Source: Asterias rubens
Lineage: Eukaryota
Assembly (NCBI RefSeq): GCF_902459465.1
Contig: NC_047079.1
Coordinates: 7,874,001 to 7,938,000 of the forward strand
DNA length: 64,000 bases
Direction: 5' to 3'
Below, one piece after another: positions 47,900-60,700 of the stretch (position 1 is its first letter; each line of letters begins with the position of its first letter). A program made the translations under genes and the position numbers. A model generated the notes under the pieces. That model did no database searches. It had not been told where the DNA came from and saw nothing but the letters and a program-made list of their open reading frames with translations.

Positions 47900-48127
47900 T
47901 ACCTCATTATATCATCAGGGGCCAGGAATGTCTCAATCAAAAGTACCCCTTTGCACGAAAACCTCTCTCTTCTATTTCACCGCAAAAATAGAATCGCCAG
48001 GGGACGATCGTGTGTTCTTTTCGCTCGAGTCGAGGGGCCAGGGATTGAAGGTCAGAGTTCAATTCGGGTCATCATCAATACTTTGTTGCACTTTGCGCTG
48101 GCATCATCCGCACAGGACGGATACAAA
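47900..48127. promoter_or_regulatory. Probable bidirectional promoter between the pseudo-exonuclease gene and LPCAT3
   Basis: Divergent start codons at 47325 (-) and 48128 (+). A minus-strand acceptor at 47335 and candidate donor at 47902 imply a non-coding first exon for gene 3. Locally CpG-rich, extending to about 48420. Confidence 0.6.
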
Positions 48128-51100
48128 ATGGCACAAGAAACCGCCGAAATGTCCGGTGTTTTCTCTGGAATATCTGGGAAACTTGGTATTGATGAAAGTA
48201 GCTTGCTCTACTTGTTGACCATCTTTTCATGTAAGTCACTACGTTTGCTAGTTGTATTTATTTCTCGTTTCCATTTATAATCATGATTGGTTGTCATACC
48301 CGGCCGTGCTCTCGAGACTCAATGCACATACACACGTACACCGGGCCGGCTGGGCCGGGCCGGGCCGCGTACACACCCACGGCACAGCCGGCGGACGAAC
48401 GGACGGAGTGCGGGGTATTAATCACAGCAGGGGGGTTCACATGGGTTTGATAGCCCTATACTATAATATAGGACTCTTTCTCTGTACACAGATACAGAGT
48501 CCTAACTAGTATCCTGGTGTTATTTCTTTTCAGTAGGATAACAGGAATATTGTTCACAATCAAAAACTGAATGTGGTTTTTTTTTCAAATCATCTATCAA
48601 ATTGTTTAACAAAAACACGTATCCTCTGCTTACCAGTTTTCACGCTATTATGCCTTTTTCTTTGAATTGGGAAAAAAATAATGATGCCATATATCAACCG
48701 ATGCCCTAATTATCTTCGTTTGTTAATATTAAGTATGCAAACATGTATTAAAACTTGATGGACATTGAAATGTTCACACCACACCAATCTTCGATGACTT
48801 CAACTGGCCCCATTGTTTTGAGTTTTTCCTGTTTTCACGGCAAACGAGAAAGTATGGTTTCCCGGTGAAGCCATACATGGAAGAAACATCTGCAGTGACT
48901 ACAAGTGTTCTTTGAGACTCTGTGTATGGCTGTATAGCCAGCAGTTGCCTTCATTTTATTCAAAATATTTTTTTTAAATAATTTTTTTAAATTACCATGG
49001 AAACTTGAAAAAATAAAAAAATAAAAAAAATATAAAAAGTGTGAATAATTACTGGCTTCCAAATCTGATTTTTATATTTTTTTTAATATATATTTTTCTT
49101 CTTAATATTTATAATAAAGCGTATAAATAAACAGTGATAATTGAATCAACAAGCTGATGTTTAAATTTTAATATTAATAATAGTATTGATACGAGGGTTA
49201 CAAAATAAAAATCTCCAAAAATATTAGAAAATGATATAAGAAGGCACATAGCTTCTTTAAGCCTCTGGATATTTTTTTTAAAGAATGCTCAGCAAAACAT
49301 TCAGTCACATGATTTTGATCATCATGAATTGTGAATTGAAATAGCGTTTGATGAAACTTTTTCGGTGGGCAAATGTTTTTATATGGCCTCAACATTATGA
49401 CATATTTTTGTACCTTGCAGAAAGGCCTAAAGTACCAAACTTTTTGCATTTACAAGTGCAAATGACCAGTGGAGCCTTACGTGTTTCTAAGTTTTGGTCA
49501 AGGGAGAGGAGACTCTTTGCTTGGCAAATAAAACCACACAATTTTTATCTAGGGCCTGTTTACATCGCGCACAGAGAGGAAAAAGATTTGCCACGATTTT
49601 AGGGACACCTCGAAAACAGGACCTCCTACGATACACTTCATTGCGTGTTGACATTTTTAAAGTTTTGGTTTTACAAATGTTGTTTTTTATTGTCATTTTC
49701 AGGTTATCCTTTGATGTATATTTCCAGAACCTACTTGCATGGCCAGTCACCAATGATAAAACATATCTACTTCATTGCCTGTAGCCTCACACTGGCTTTC
49801 TGTAACTTTGGTAAGACCAGAATGTTTATTTTTAGAGGCACGAGAAGTATCTATTTTACGTCAAGTACAACCCTCACCATTTTTCAACTTTTTTAACCGT
49901 GTACGTTTTGATGAATTGTATATTTATTGAAATCATTTTTATATATAAGATTTTTTTTACTAAATCTGAGTCTTGTGCATATAAACGTTACTTGTGCAGA
50001 GCAGAAAGTTTATTGTTATATGCCATTTCCTCCTTCAAGAATCATAAAAGCGAAGAAGGCCCTATCAGAAAACAGCTCACACTGATTTATTGTGTCTTGA
50101 ACATTTTATTTGCTTTTTGTTTTTTTAATTATTGATTTATTCCTTCAGGATTTGACATCATCTACTCGCTCATCTCAGTCTTACTGAACTACGCTCTGCT
50201 TGTTACTGTTGGAGGAAGTTCACTCTCAGTGGCTGTGTCATTTGCCCTCAATATGGTGAGTTTATAACCCCTCTTCTAACAAGGAAACTTTCAAATTCAT
50301 TGGAAACCTTCTTACCCATTAAATGATGTCACTGGTCTTAGTTTAGAATAATTAAAGTACATGTACATGTAGACTCATATGTCAACAGACATACATTACG
50401 ATTTAACGACAGAATGTCTGTAAGTATGTATAGATAATCCTTAGCAACCCTTTAGCAACAGTCGTAGTCATAGCCACCAAGAAATGTCTTGCTGTATTAA
50501 TCTTACCTCAAATCACATTTTAGTTTAATTTGTATTCCAGGGTTATCTTCTTTCAGCCTACATTCTTGTATCCACTGATGGTTATGACATCAACTGGACA
50601 ACACCTCACTGTATCCTGACCCTAAGGATGATCAGCGTGGCCTTTGACCTTTACGATGGCAAGAGGGATGAGGTAAATATGTAGGGTCAAATGACATAAA
50701 CTTGGGTAGATTTTATAAAGAGATATTTTCAGATGAGTTTACTATCACCATAGTGAGCTGTATTGTTACATCATGCATCTCTTCTCAAGAGTGATCTTAG
50801 CTTTTTGTGAGCTTGTGCCCTGCGTATTAAAGCATTAATAAATACTGATTGGAACTCTTTCATAAAAGGGTATTGGGGCTTTCAGACCAATCAGCACTTT
50901 CAGCCTCATTTTGGCGACATTGACTTGATTGTGGCAAAACAAGATGGCCGCACAATGATTTTGGTGTCAAAGCTATTTACTGTACATTTAAGTGTACTTC
51001 CTCATTGTCACCAATCCTCCACACACTTGAGGATAAGTTTATACATGAAGTATGATTTGTACTCGCATAACTCACATAGCAACATTGCTTCCAATTGTTT

Positions 51101-54100
51101 CTCAAAAAGGCAAATCTCAGTTCCGAGCAAAAATCATTGAACATCAAGATGACCCCATCACTCTTGGAGCTTGCTGGCTTCACCTACTTCACTGGTGGAT
51201 TCTTTGCTGGTCCCCAGTTCTCAATCCGACGCTATCTTGAATTCACTGAAGAGAAACTTCTAGATAATGACAAGGGAGAGTTGCCTAATTGCATTGGACC
51301 TGCAATGAACCGATTTGCAGTTGGTGTTGTGTATGCAGTATTGGAAACCATCCTAACACCAATGTTTAGCAATGCTTATTTACTATCAGAAGAGTTTGCT
51401 GTAAGTATAATTAAAAGTTTTTATTATAATATTTTTATTTATTTGTCATGGATAAGTTTTTTTCTTTTTTTCTTATCTTTACACCAATGTAAAAGTACTG
51501 CATACTTTGGTTCTTTTCAGAGTTCTGTGAAAAAAAGAACCCTTGGCAAATCACTCGCTCGGGATTCAAACCTACAACATTTGCTCTAGCAATGCAAAGG
51601 TCATGGGTTTGAATCCCACCCAAGTGATTTGCCAGTGGTTTTTCACATAACTTGGGAATGTACAGTATACAGTATACAGTGCTTAGTACACATCAGTGTA
51701 AGGGTCAAAACCAAGTTGTAAATATTTTAACAAACATTCAATTGTGATGAAGGAACAAGTGTGCAAGTGAGATCAATGTTAAGATTTAATCTGAGTTTCA
51801 CAAGGGTTGAGGTATTTGATTTTTTTATGTAATAAACCCTACTCATTTTCATGATTACTCTGTCATTTGTTTTGAGTTTCGACACTAGAGATATTATTTG
51901 TATTAAAACAGAAATACAAAAATGAAGTTAAAATAATTTTGTTTTCACATTGTATTCCTTTTTTTAGGCTTCATCTTTCCTGTATCAGATGTTTGCTGTT
52001 GTCATGTGGCATAAAGCAGTGTTCTTCAAGTACTGCACTGTCTTCCTGTTTGTTGTAAGATTACATCATTTCTTGAATTTTGTGATTTTCAATTTATGCA
52101 TCACTATGCTGTTCATGTGCTGTGAGATGTTTGGAGGGGGGTTGGGGGGGGGGGGTTTGAAACTGGACAATTTGTTCATTGTTTCCTAATCATACTGTTA
52201 CTATTGTGGGTGATTTTGGACGTGTATAGAAATAAAAAACAATAAAAAAGATATTAGTACATAAAATATACAAATCAAATAAATTAATATACAAACAAAT
52301 TTTAATAAAGTGGTTGTTAAATCTTATTGTTAAACAATAATACACATTACCCAAAACCAACACTAAGTTGAATTTTGTTCTTAACCAATCATCATTTCTA
52401 GGAAGGTGCTTGCATAATGAGCGGTCTAGCTTACAACGGCAAAGACAAAGAGGGAAATGCATTGTGGGATGCCTGTGCCAGCATAAAGCCGCAAATGCTA
52501 GAAACTGCTACAAGTACAGCTCAGTACATCAAAGCCTTCAATTTATCAACAAACACTTGGGTTGGAAGGTGAGTTCTTTAAGTTACGGTTAAAAGTCTAA
52601 AGAATGTTATGATGGGAAAGGTTGGGGTTGATTCGTTTTATTTTCTTATAATAGCAAACCAATGGTCGATGTATTGCAAGAAGCGGATCAGCAGATGATT
52701 TGTAAAGTTGTTTTAAAAAATGAAAAGTGCCCAACACAAAAAGCGGCCACTCGAAGTGAGGGCTTCAAGATAAAAATAGTTTATAAAGGGAGAAGATATC
52801 TGTGCACATTTCTTTCCAACGTAAATAGATTGTAAGATGGTGGAAAACAAGACACAAGGTAGGAATTCTAAAGTGCAGCAGTATAAGGAAAAGTTTGGCT
52901 AACTCCTTTTTTCTTCAATTACAAATTTGAAGATGTCTCTGTAAGTGTGTTGTCTTTAGTTACAAGCCATTTCTGGTGGTCGAGTGGAAGGACATCTGCT
53001 CTAAAATTGCAAAGGATGTGGGTTCAAATCCCACCCAAGTAATGTGCCTGTGGATGTTTATTGACACAACTTGGGAGAAAGAACTGAGTATACAGTGCTT
53101 AACACACATCTATGCATGCTTAAAAACACAAATAATATTGAATCAAATCTTTTTCCTTTAGATACGTCTTCAAGCGTCTGAAGTTTCTGAACAATCGTTA
53201 CATCTCTCAGACAGCAGCCGTCATGTTCTTAGCTGTATGGCATGGAATGTACATTGGATACTACATTTGTTTTGGTCTGGAGATATTCATCACAACGTGC
53301 GAGTTGTTTGTAAGTTTTTTGAAATCTACAAAATTCCATCCTATAAAAAGGATCTTACACATTTCTTGTTAGTTTAATTATTTCCTGTAGCTCAAACGCA
53401 TGTTGTTAGACCTAAACGGCTTTGGCTGTGGTGATTTGATGCATCAAGACCAAACACCCAGTCTCAAAAAGTACAACAACATAAGATGGTGGTGAAATGA
53501 TCTTAAATTATACAATTAATTCTGTGTATTATACAAGTTTGCTTATGCTCTCTGCATACTAATTGAGTTTTTACAGTCAATGTAGTAAATATCATAATTT
53601 GTTATACCCTAGCTGCGGCGTTACGTAAAAAAAACTTGTTTACACTCAATCAAAACAATTTTAAAAGATGTCAAGTAATCAACTAGGTGATGATTAAATA
53701 TTACTCTTTGAATTCTCCAGGTACAAGATGCAGTGAAGCGAAGCCCTCCCTTTGCCAAGTTCGTGAACAACCCAACCCTTAAACTACCTCTCTTTATACT
53801 TCTCAAGTTTACCGCTTCATTATCCGTTGGTTACCCTCTTGTTGCCTTTGTCCTGCTGCGCTGGAGGAGAATACGATTGGTAAGTTAAAATAAGATCAAT
53901 GTGGCATAGCAGTACTTTTCCTGTCCCATTGTGATTCCTGGTTCAAATGCAACCTTTGACTTGACATGTGGAATTGTTATTCAATTCCTGACTGTGGGGT
54001 TGACCCATCAGGAAGTGTAACTATTGCAGCTAAAACTCAACTTGTTATCTTCTTTTCCTATATATCCTCTAGCCATGTGACCTCAACAGCACCTTGTAAA

Positions 54101-55041
54101 CCATTACATTGTGCTTAAGGATTAGGTCTTATATTATCTCAAAAAAATCGCCCCCACTCCTTGCAGTAATAATACCTGGCGCTTTGTATCCTTTGGCAAA
54201 AGGCGCGTTATAAATACGGTTATTATTATTATTATTATTATTCAGAATTCCAGTCTCTTTTTCATAAATAGTTAATGGAATCAAGAAAGAAGAGAAGATG
54301 TTTACAGACTTTACTATAAAGCTCCTTACTCTTTTTATCCACAAATTGCAAGGCCCTAAAATGCCACTGAAGCTGATGGTTCGGAATCTTTGAAATTTGT
54401 AGACGAAAAATCACCAATCATTAGGATATTTTCAAATAGCAGCTTTTTTGTTTGTTTTGCAGGTGTACCAAGCCATGTTCCATCTTCCGACTCTTTTCTT
54501 CTTGGGGTTCCCATTTCTCTATCAGTTTCTCATCTTACCTCGTCTTAAGAAACAGGAGCGTGCTGCAAGAAAGGCTGCTGAGGTAGCCAAAGATTCAAGG
54601 TTTGTATCTTACAAGATGTGTACAGGATTGGCTATTGTCTACAAAATATAGGGAAGTTTAATTTTAAATGGTGTTGATAGAGTCAGAGATTTGGTTTGGG
54701 TCATGGTCACTGCACTTTAAGCAAGACACTTGACCATATTTGTGTAGGTCTTATGTGTGTGACTTGTGTTGTGTAATGCTCGTAAAAGAATCCAGTACAC
54801 TTATGCTTAGAAACAATTAGTACTTTAAGACGCCTGTCAGAGTTTGGTAAAGTGTTGTTTAAGAACTGCGTATTATTGTTTTTTTCTAAAAGCTTTAACA
54901 TGCCAACTAAATAATACCCTGTTATCTGTACATTTGAAGCAAACATATTTCACCCTCTGCTTGTGCTGTCTTCCATTCATATAACTTTCAATATTATTGT
55001 CTTTGACTTACAGGGAGGAAGAAAGTAATAAGATTGATTGA
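48128..55041 (+). CDS. LPCAT3: Lysophospholipid acyltransferase 5 / LPCAT3 (MBOAT5); 488 aa, 11 exons
   Basis: Exons: 48128-48230, 49703-49810, 50149-50255, 50541-50672, 51110-51400, 51968-52054, 52402-52568, 53162-53309, 53721-53879, 54463-54599, 55014-55041; total 1467 nt. Motifs: YDINWTTPHCILTLRMI..AFDLYDG, GGFFAGPQF, EGACIMSGLAYNG, FNLSTNTWVGRYVFKRLKFL, FLAVWHG (catalytic His). Confidence 0.95.
51481..51712. mobile_element. Two 5'-truncated copies of one SINE family fused head-to-head
   Basis: Left copy (minus) and right copy (plus) share GG[GT]TTGAATCCC..GTGATTTGCCA..TTTCACA[GT]AACT; they meet at ctctag near 51585. Confidence 0.75.
52975..53130 (+). mobile_element. tRNA-derived SINE (same family as 41240 and 51481 copies)
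   Basis: GGTGGTCGAGTGG A box, GGTTCAAATCCC B box, gagtatacagtgcttaacacacatc tail. Confidence 0.7.
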
Positions 55042-55520
55042 TGAAATACTTTTCTAAAGAAAGAGGAGAAATGGAAGCTGAAGTTGGTGACTATAAACTC
55101 TTTTAGTATCCATCCGTCTTATTTGTCTGAGATTGTCTCCTATAATTGCCTTGAAACCAACTAGACTGTAAAGCTCGGTTCATACTTGCTGCCAATCTGA
55201 AGCTGTTTTTCACAGCGATTGTTTCACAGGAGTTAAGCACAAGTCCACTGATGTGAATTATTCGTTGTGGCATCAAAATTTGTATTAAGCTTAATTTGTA
55301 TCGCATTCCCATTCGCAGGAAGTTTGAACCGGGCTTAATTCTATTGTGGTATGTCTATTTAAGGTCATGAATGTTTTATATTCAGCCTCGATCATAAGTA
55401 ATTAACAAAATAAATAGATATTGTGATTAATGTAAAGATCTATTAAAAAATGTCTAAGTTAAAGGAAACATTTGGTAGGAAAATATGTTTTTTGAACATG
55501 TGACAAAGTAAAAGTCCAAG

Positions 55521-56376
55521 AAGATCGTTTCACACGAGATTCAAATCAAAATGAGTTGAGCAAGTCAAAGAGAAGATCGTTCTACACGAGATTCAAATCA
55601 AAATGAGTTGAGCAAGTCAAAAAGAAGATCGTTTCACACGAGATTCAAATCAAAATGACTTGAGCAAGTCAAAGAGAAGATCGTTCTACATGAGATTCAA
55701 ATCAAAATGACTTGAGCAAGTCAAAGAGAAGATCGTTCTACACGAGATTCAAATCAAAATGAGTTGAGCAAGTCAAAGAGAAGATCGTTTCACACAAGAT
55801 TCAAATCAAAATGAGTTGAGCAAGTCAAAGAGAAGATCGTTATACATGAGATTCAAATCAAAATGACTTGAGCAAGTCAAAAAGAAGATCGTTTCACACG
55901 AGATTCAAATCAAAATGACTTGAGCAAGTCAAAGAGAAGATCGTTCTACATGAGATTCAAATCAAAATGACTTGAGCAAGTCAAAGAGAAGATCGTTCTA
56001 CATGAGATTCAAATCAAAATGGCTTGAGCAAGTCAAAGAGAAGATCGTTCTACATGAGATTCAAATCAAAATGAGTTGAGCAAGTCAAAGAGAAGATCGT
56101 TTCACACAAGATTCAAATCAAAATGACTTGAGCAAGTCAAAGAGAAGATCGTTCTACATGAGATTCAAATCAAAATGAGTTGAGCAAGTCAAAGAGAAGA
56201 TCGTTCTACATGAGATTCAAATCAAAATGACTTGAGCAAGTCAAAGAGAATATCGTTTCACACGAGATTCAAATCAAAATGACATGAGCAAGTCAAAGAG
56301 AAGATCGTTCTACACGAGATTCAAATCAAAATGACTTGAGCAAGTCAAAGAGAAGATCGTTCTACACAAGATTCAA
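55521..56376. repeat. 52-bp minisatellite, about 16 copies
   Basis: aagatcgtt[tc][ct]acacgagattcaaatcaaaatga[gc]ttgagcaagtcaaagag; begins about 110 nt after AATAAA at 55409. Confidence 0.95.
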
Positions 56377-56419
56377 AATCACATCTTATGAGACTCAACT
56401 GTTCACAAGACCACTAGGC

Positions 56420-56562
56420 TTGTCTGGTTCTAAGTTAACTGGCACAAAAGCTTGAGTCACTGACCTTGGGCTGGTGATCCAGTGGGTTTTTGTCTGGTTC
56501 TAAGTTAACTGGCACAAAAGCTTGAGTCACTGACCTTGGGCTGGTGATCCAGTGGGTTTTTG
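56420..56562. repeat. 70-bp perfect direct duplication
   Basis: tgtctggttctaagttaactggc...ccagtgggtttt at 56421 and 56491. Confidence 0.9.
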
Positions 56563-57796
56563 AGCTCACTCAACCATTATATTGCAACACACACCACTGA
56601 ATCGCTCTGATTTACAAATTTGTGGTGTTTTAATTTTGTAAAATTTTTTCAGAGTTATCATGCATGGTGATTTAGTTCTTTGGGTTTATTTGACTTTTCT
56701 TGTGAGATTTGAAACAGAAAATTAATGGGTTATTTTGAATTAACAAATATTGCATTAATGTATCACCATAGCACTTTGTACATAATTTTCTTTCATGCCA
56801 ACCAAAAAGAAAAGGTTATACCTTATCTTGATTCAAAGAGGGTAAGCAGTTTACCAGAGGCTTAAGTTTGCCGTCAAGTACTGTGTGTAATGCAAGGATG
56901 AAATGTTTACATTTGAACCAGTATGAAATGTTCCCTTTGTAAACGTGTTACTGAACATTGAACATTTGGAGTTATTGACTTATTGAATGCTGTTGTGTAC
57001 TTAGATAAGATAAAAGATATCATGTAATATTAGCGTTAAAACAAACCTGCTCAACAGGAAACAATGTTTTTCTCATAAAGTAAATAGTTAGAATAGCACC
57101 AACTAAATAGAAGTAATAATAGAGTTATATAATATTTAAGGCTTAAACCCGGCTCATTCTTCAAGTGATTGTGAAGCTAATTGTTGTTTTTTTACAATCT
57201 GATCATCAGTACTCCTGTTCTCAGGTCAAGACGCAAGATATTTTACTTCGCTATCGCAAATAATGCCACCTAGCTTTACTGAGTCCGAATACTTCCTACT
57301 CACCAAGTTTTGTTACCAAGTCCCTCAAATTATTTGTTTTGCTCCTAATTGTCCATTTTGCAATTTAGTACATGGTCCTTTTTTCATGCTAGATAATGTT
57401 TTAACATCACTGTCATGGAACTATGCAACTTGAATGCACAGCCTTGTGGATCACTGGCTCTATGCTATGTTTTTTTTCTGCTCAGTAGATAATATGCTAA
57501 GCAGTATGTCTTTCTTTACAAGAAAGTTTTGATGATACTTTGTTTCTATTGATATATCTGGCTGTATTGTGGAGGCTGTACAGTAATTCATAGTTAATTA
57601 GTAGCTCAGTATGATGGACCTTGAATTTGTACATGGGTCAAATTCTTAAGTTATTTACAAAAGCTTGACGCATCATATTTCTCTGATAAAGTTTAAACAA
57701 AGTTTTTCTCAGTGGAATATGAAAGTCTCTAGTTAACTGATCGGTTGGAAATTCATACAGAGCACATGGTTTTCCTGTAACAGCCGTGTTGTACCT

Positions 57797-60700
57797 ATGA
57801 TGATGTCACTTTATAACAACGCACTCTTTAGTTGGTTCACTGCACACCTTTGTGCATGGTGGAACCAGAAAAAGCCTCACATCCACGGAAAAGTCAAGCC
57901 AGGATTTGAACCCGTTGCCAAGCTGTTCAGGTTGTATCAAATGTTTCAGTTTCTTTTAAGAAATTATTAAAATTTTTCTCAAAAAAAACAGCGTAGTATT
58001 GGTTGTGTTTTACCAACAGACTTTTGTCAGAAGGGGTGTCCGAGGGGATAAGAACACTGGACTCAAGATCTGATGTTTCTAATGTTTCTGATCAGTGTTG
58101 GTTTGAGTCCCGGTTGTGACACTTGCGTCCATTAACAAGACACTTTATACTATTATTGCTTTGTCCTTGAGATTGGATGTAAAGCCGTTGGTCTGGTGTG
58201 TTGTGTAATGCACGTAAAGGAACTCGCCAGATACACTCGAAAAGAGAAGGGGTTAGACCCAGTATTCCTGGTTTGATTGTCTGAATAATGCACCACAGCA
58301 CTGTGTAAACCATTACATGGTGGTATAAAGGGATAGGCTCATTCTTCATAGTGTAGCTCTACATACCTTGCAGGAAAACAATACTAAGTGCTTACTTTGA
58401 GACACCCATCGGGTGTGATCAAGTGTTAAATAAGAACTCAGTTTTAATATTATTATTATAAGGCCACAAACAGCGCTTACAGGTTTTATGGCGGCATTGT
58501 AATTGGGTCCTACCTCATACTGCATTCGCACTGTACAATGATAGTGACTCTCAAAGTACGTACTCATGATTTTACTTTACTTTGCATTTTGGGTATAAAT
58601 CATGTTTTATTATATCTTTTCTACTGATTCTATTTTCTTCCAACTTGTATTTGTCTCTATGCCTGAGTCTTTACTATTTTTTCAAATGGTTTTGATTTGC
58701 TGTTATTGTACCATATGATATTGTCCTATATTTTTAACTGTTGGATTAATTGTTTATTTGCATTAAATGAGCGATTGTTCTTGTACTTGAAATGAGAAAA
58801 TGAGAAAATGTGTCCTACTTTGGATTTTGTGAGTGGTGTATGAGGACATAATGGATTTCTAACTGGTTAATGGATTATTCTGAGGTATTTAACCATCTTT
58901 AACCTAACCTATTTTAATCCAGACAATGACCCACATTGTTCTGGAACCTCATATTGTACCCTGGATGGCAGATTTTCTTGTAAACATTGGGTGAAAATTG
59001 GAACAGTCATATTTGGATTCTGCTATCCGAATGGCAGGGTTTCCCCAAGGAACATTATCGGGGTCCAAAGACTTCTTCATACAGATTAATGACCTATCCA
59101 CACCATTTCCTTTCTAAGTTGATGACAGTACGATAAGATAAGACTAAAGCTATGCATGGTGGCACTTCAGTCAGCATTTTCCAGAAGACGGTCAGAGCAC
59201 ACTGACTGAAATGCTGAGTAGAACAAACCAGCTCTTTTCAGAGCCACCCGCACTGCTCAATAAAGATTGTTACATGTCCATGGTTTCACTGCAAACCTTA
59301 CTTACTTAGTACAATCTTTGAAGTACGCAGGAAGGAATCAGCATCTGTTCTACAACAGTCAGCAAATATTGCTTGCCAATGTTCAATTGAGAACTAAAAT
59401 ATAAATTTTATTGCAGACAAGTTTGTATACCACTCTAATAATTTTGATTGATATATTTTCAGTGACAATTTCAAAACTGGTCTTGAAAGCTGTACAGGTG
59501 GTTCTGCCTTCAGTGTGTACCACAATGGGTTGAAGGTTGTTGACCTTTGGGGTGGTTTTGCCGACACTGATGTCCGACAATTCTGGAAGGAAGACACTAT
59601 GACCGTCGCATTTTCAGCTACAAAAGGTCAGTCTGTTTTTCATTTTGTGTGTTGACCATTTTCTTGAAGGTAAAGTGCCTTACTTAACGACAGAAGTGTC
59701 AAGACCAGGACTCAATCCCACACCCTGCTGATCAGAAACACCAGTGAAGGGTTCTAAACCACTCTGCCACAAATAGATGCAAGAGATTTTCCAATGCACC
59801 TTGTAATTATAAACCTCTGAAATGATGCCATCTAAGAATCAATTCAGACCTAGATTTATTTTTGTTTGAGTGAGATAAGTCGCATGCCAGATTAGTTGTC
59901 CCGTTCTTGCGGTTTTGATCTAATTCTATCTGAGATGTGACCACTAATTGATTACAAACACCTGTAAGCTTTTCTCTTATATGATGTCGTATAATATTTT
60001 ACAATGGTCTGCAGGTATGGCAGCCTTGTGTATGCTTATGCTAATAGATCGAGGGTTACTGGACTATGAAAACACTGTGGCATTTTACTGGCCAGAATTT
60101 GCACAAAATGGAAAGAAGAATATCACTGTACGAATGCTTCTTAACCACGAGGTAAGGATTTAAAGAAGATTTTCCAGTAAAGTGTTTCAAATTTTTTATG
60201 ATTTCTTGGATTAACAAGAGGGAGCAAGCTGTAGCAATAGTAATGTAACGCTGGTAATGGTAACCTTGGTGACAGTACCCTTGGTAACGCGACATCACTC
60301 CTTTACAGCAGACCCCAAAGCCTAAACTTTGAAAATGTCAGCATTTATTAGTTCATGCAAATTTCTCTTCATTTAACCAGGCTGGCTTGGCTTCAACCAC
60401 TCGACCAATCAGCCAAAAGCTCCTGAAGGACCATGATGCATTAGGGCAGATCTTAGCAGAGTCTCCACCGCAGTGGGTACCAGGCACAGCCCATGGTTAC
60501 CATGCATTCACATTTGGTCTTTACTGCAGTCAGTTATTGAGACGTGTGGATCCTAAGCACCGTACTCTAGGTCAGTTCTTCAGAGAAGAAGTTGCGGAGC
60601 CGTTTGGTAAGTTATGTCAATGGGCTGCTCATTTAGAGAAAATTTAGTGAAGTACTTATTGACAAACCTTGACTGTAAAAAGAAAGTACCCCAAAAATAA

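Noticed and set aside
47852-48127. Upstream in-frame extension of the LPCAT3 ORF
   Set aside because: No similarity to LPCAT3; ATG 48128 has good context (AAAATGG) and gives the expected length of about 488 aa.
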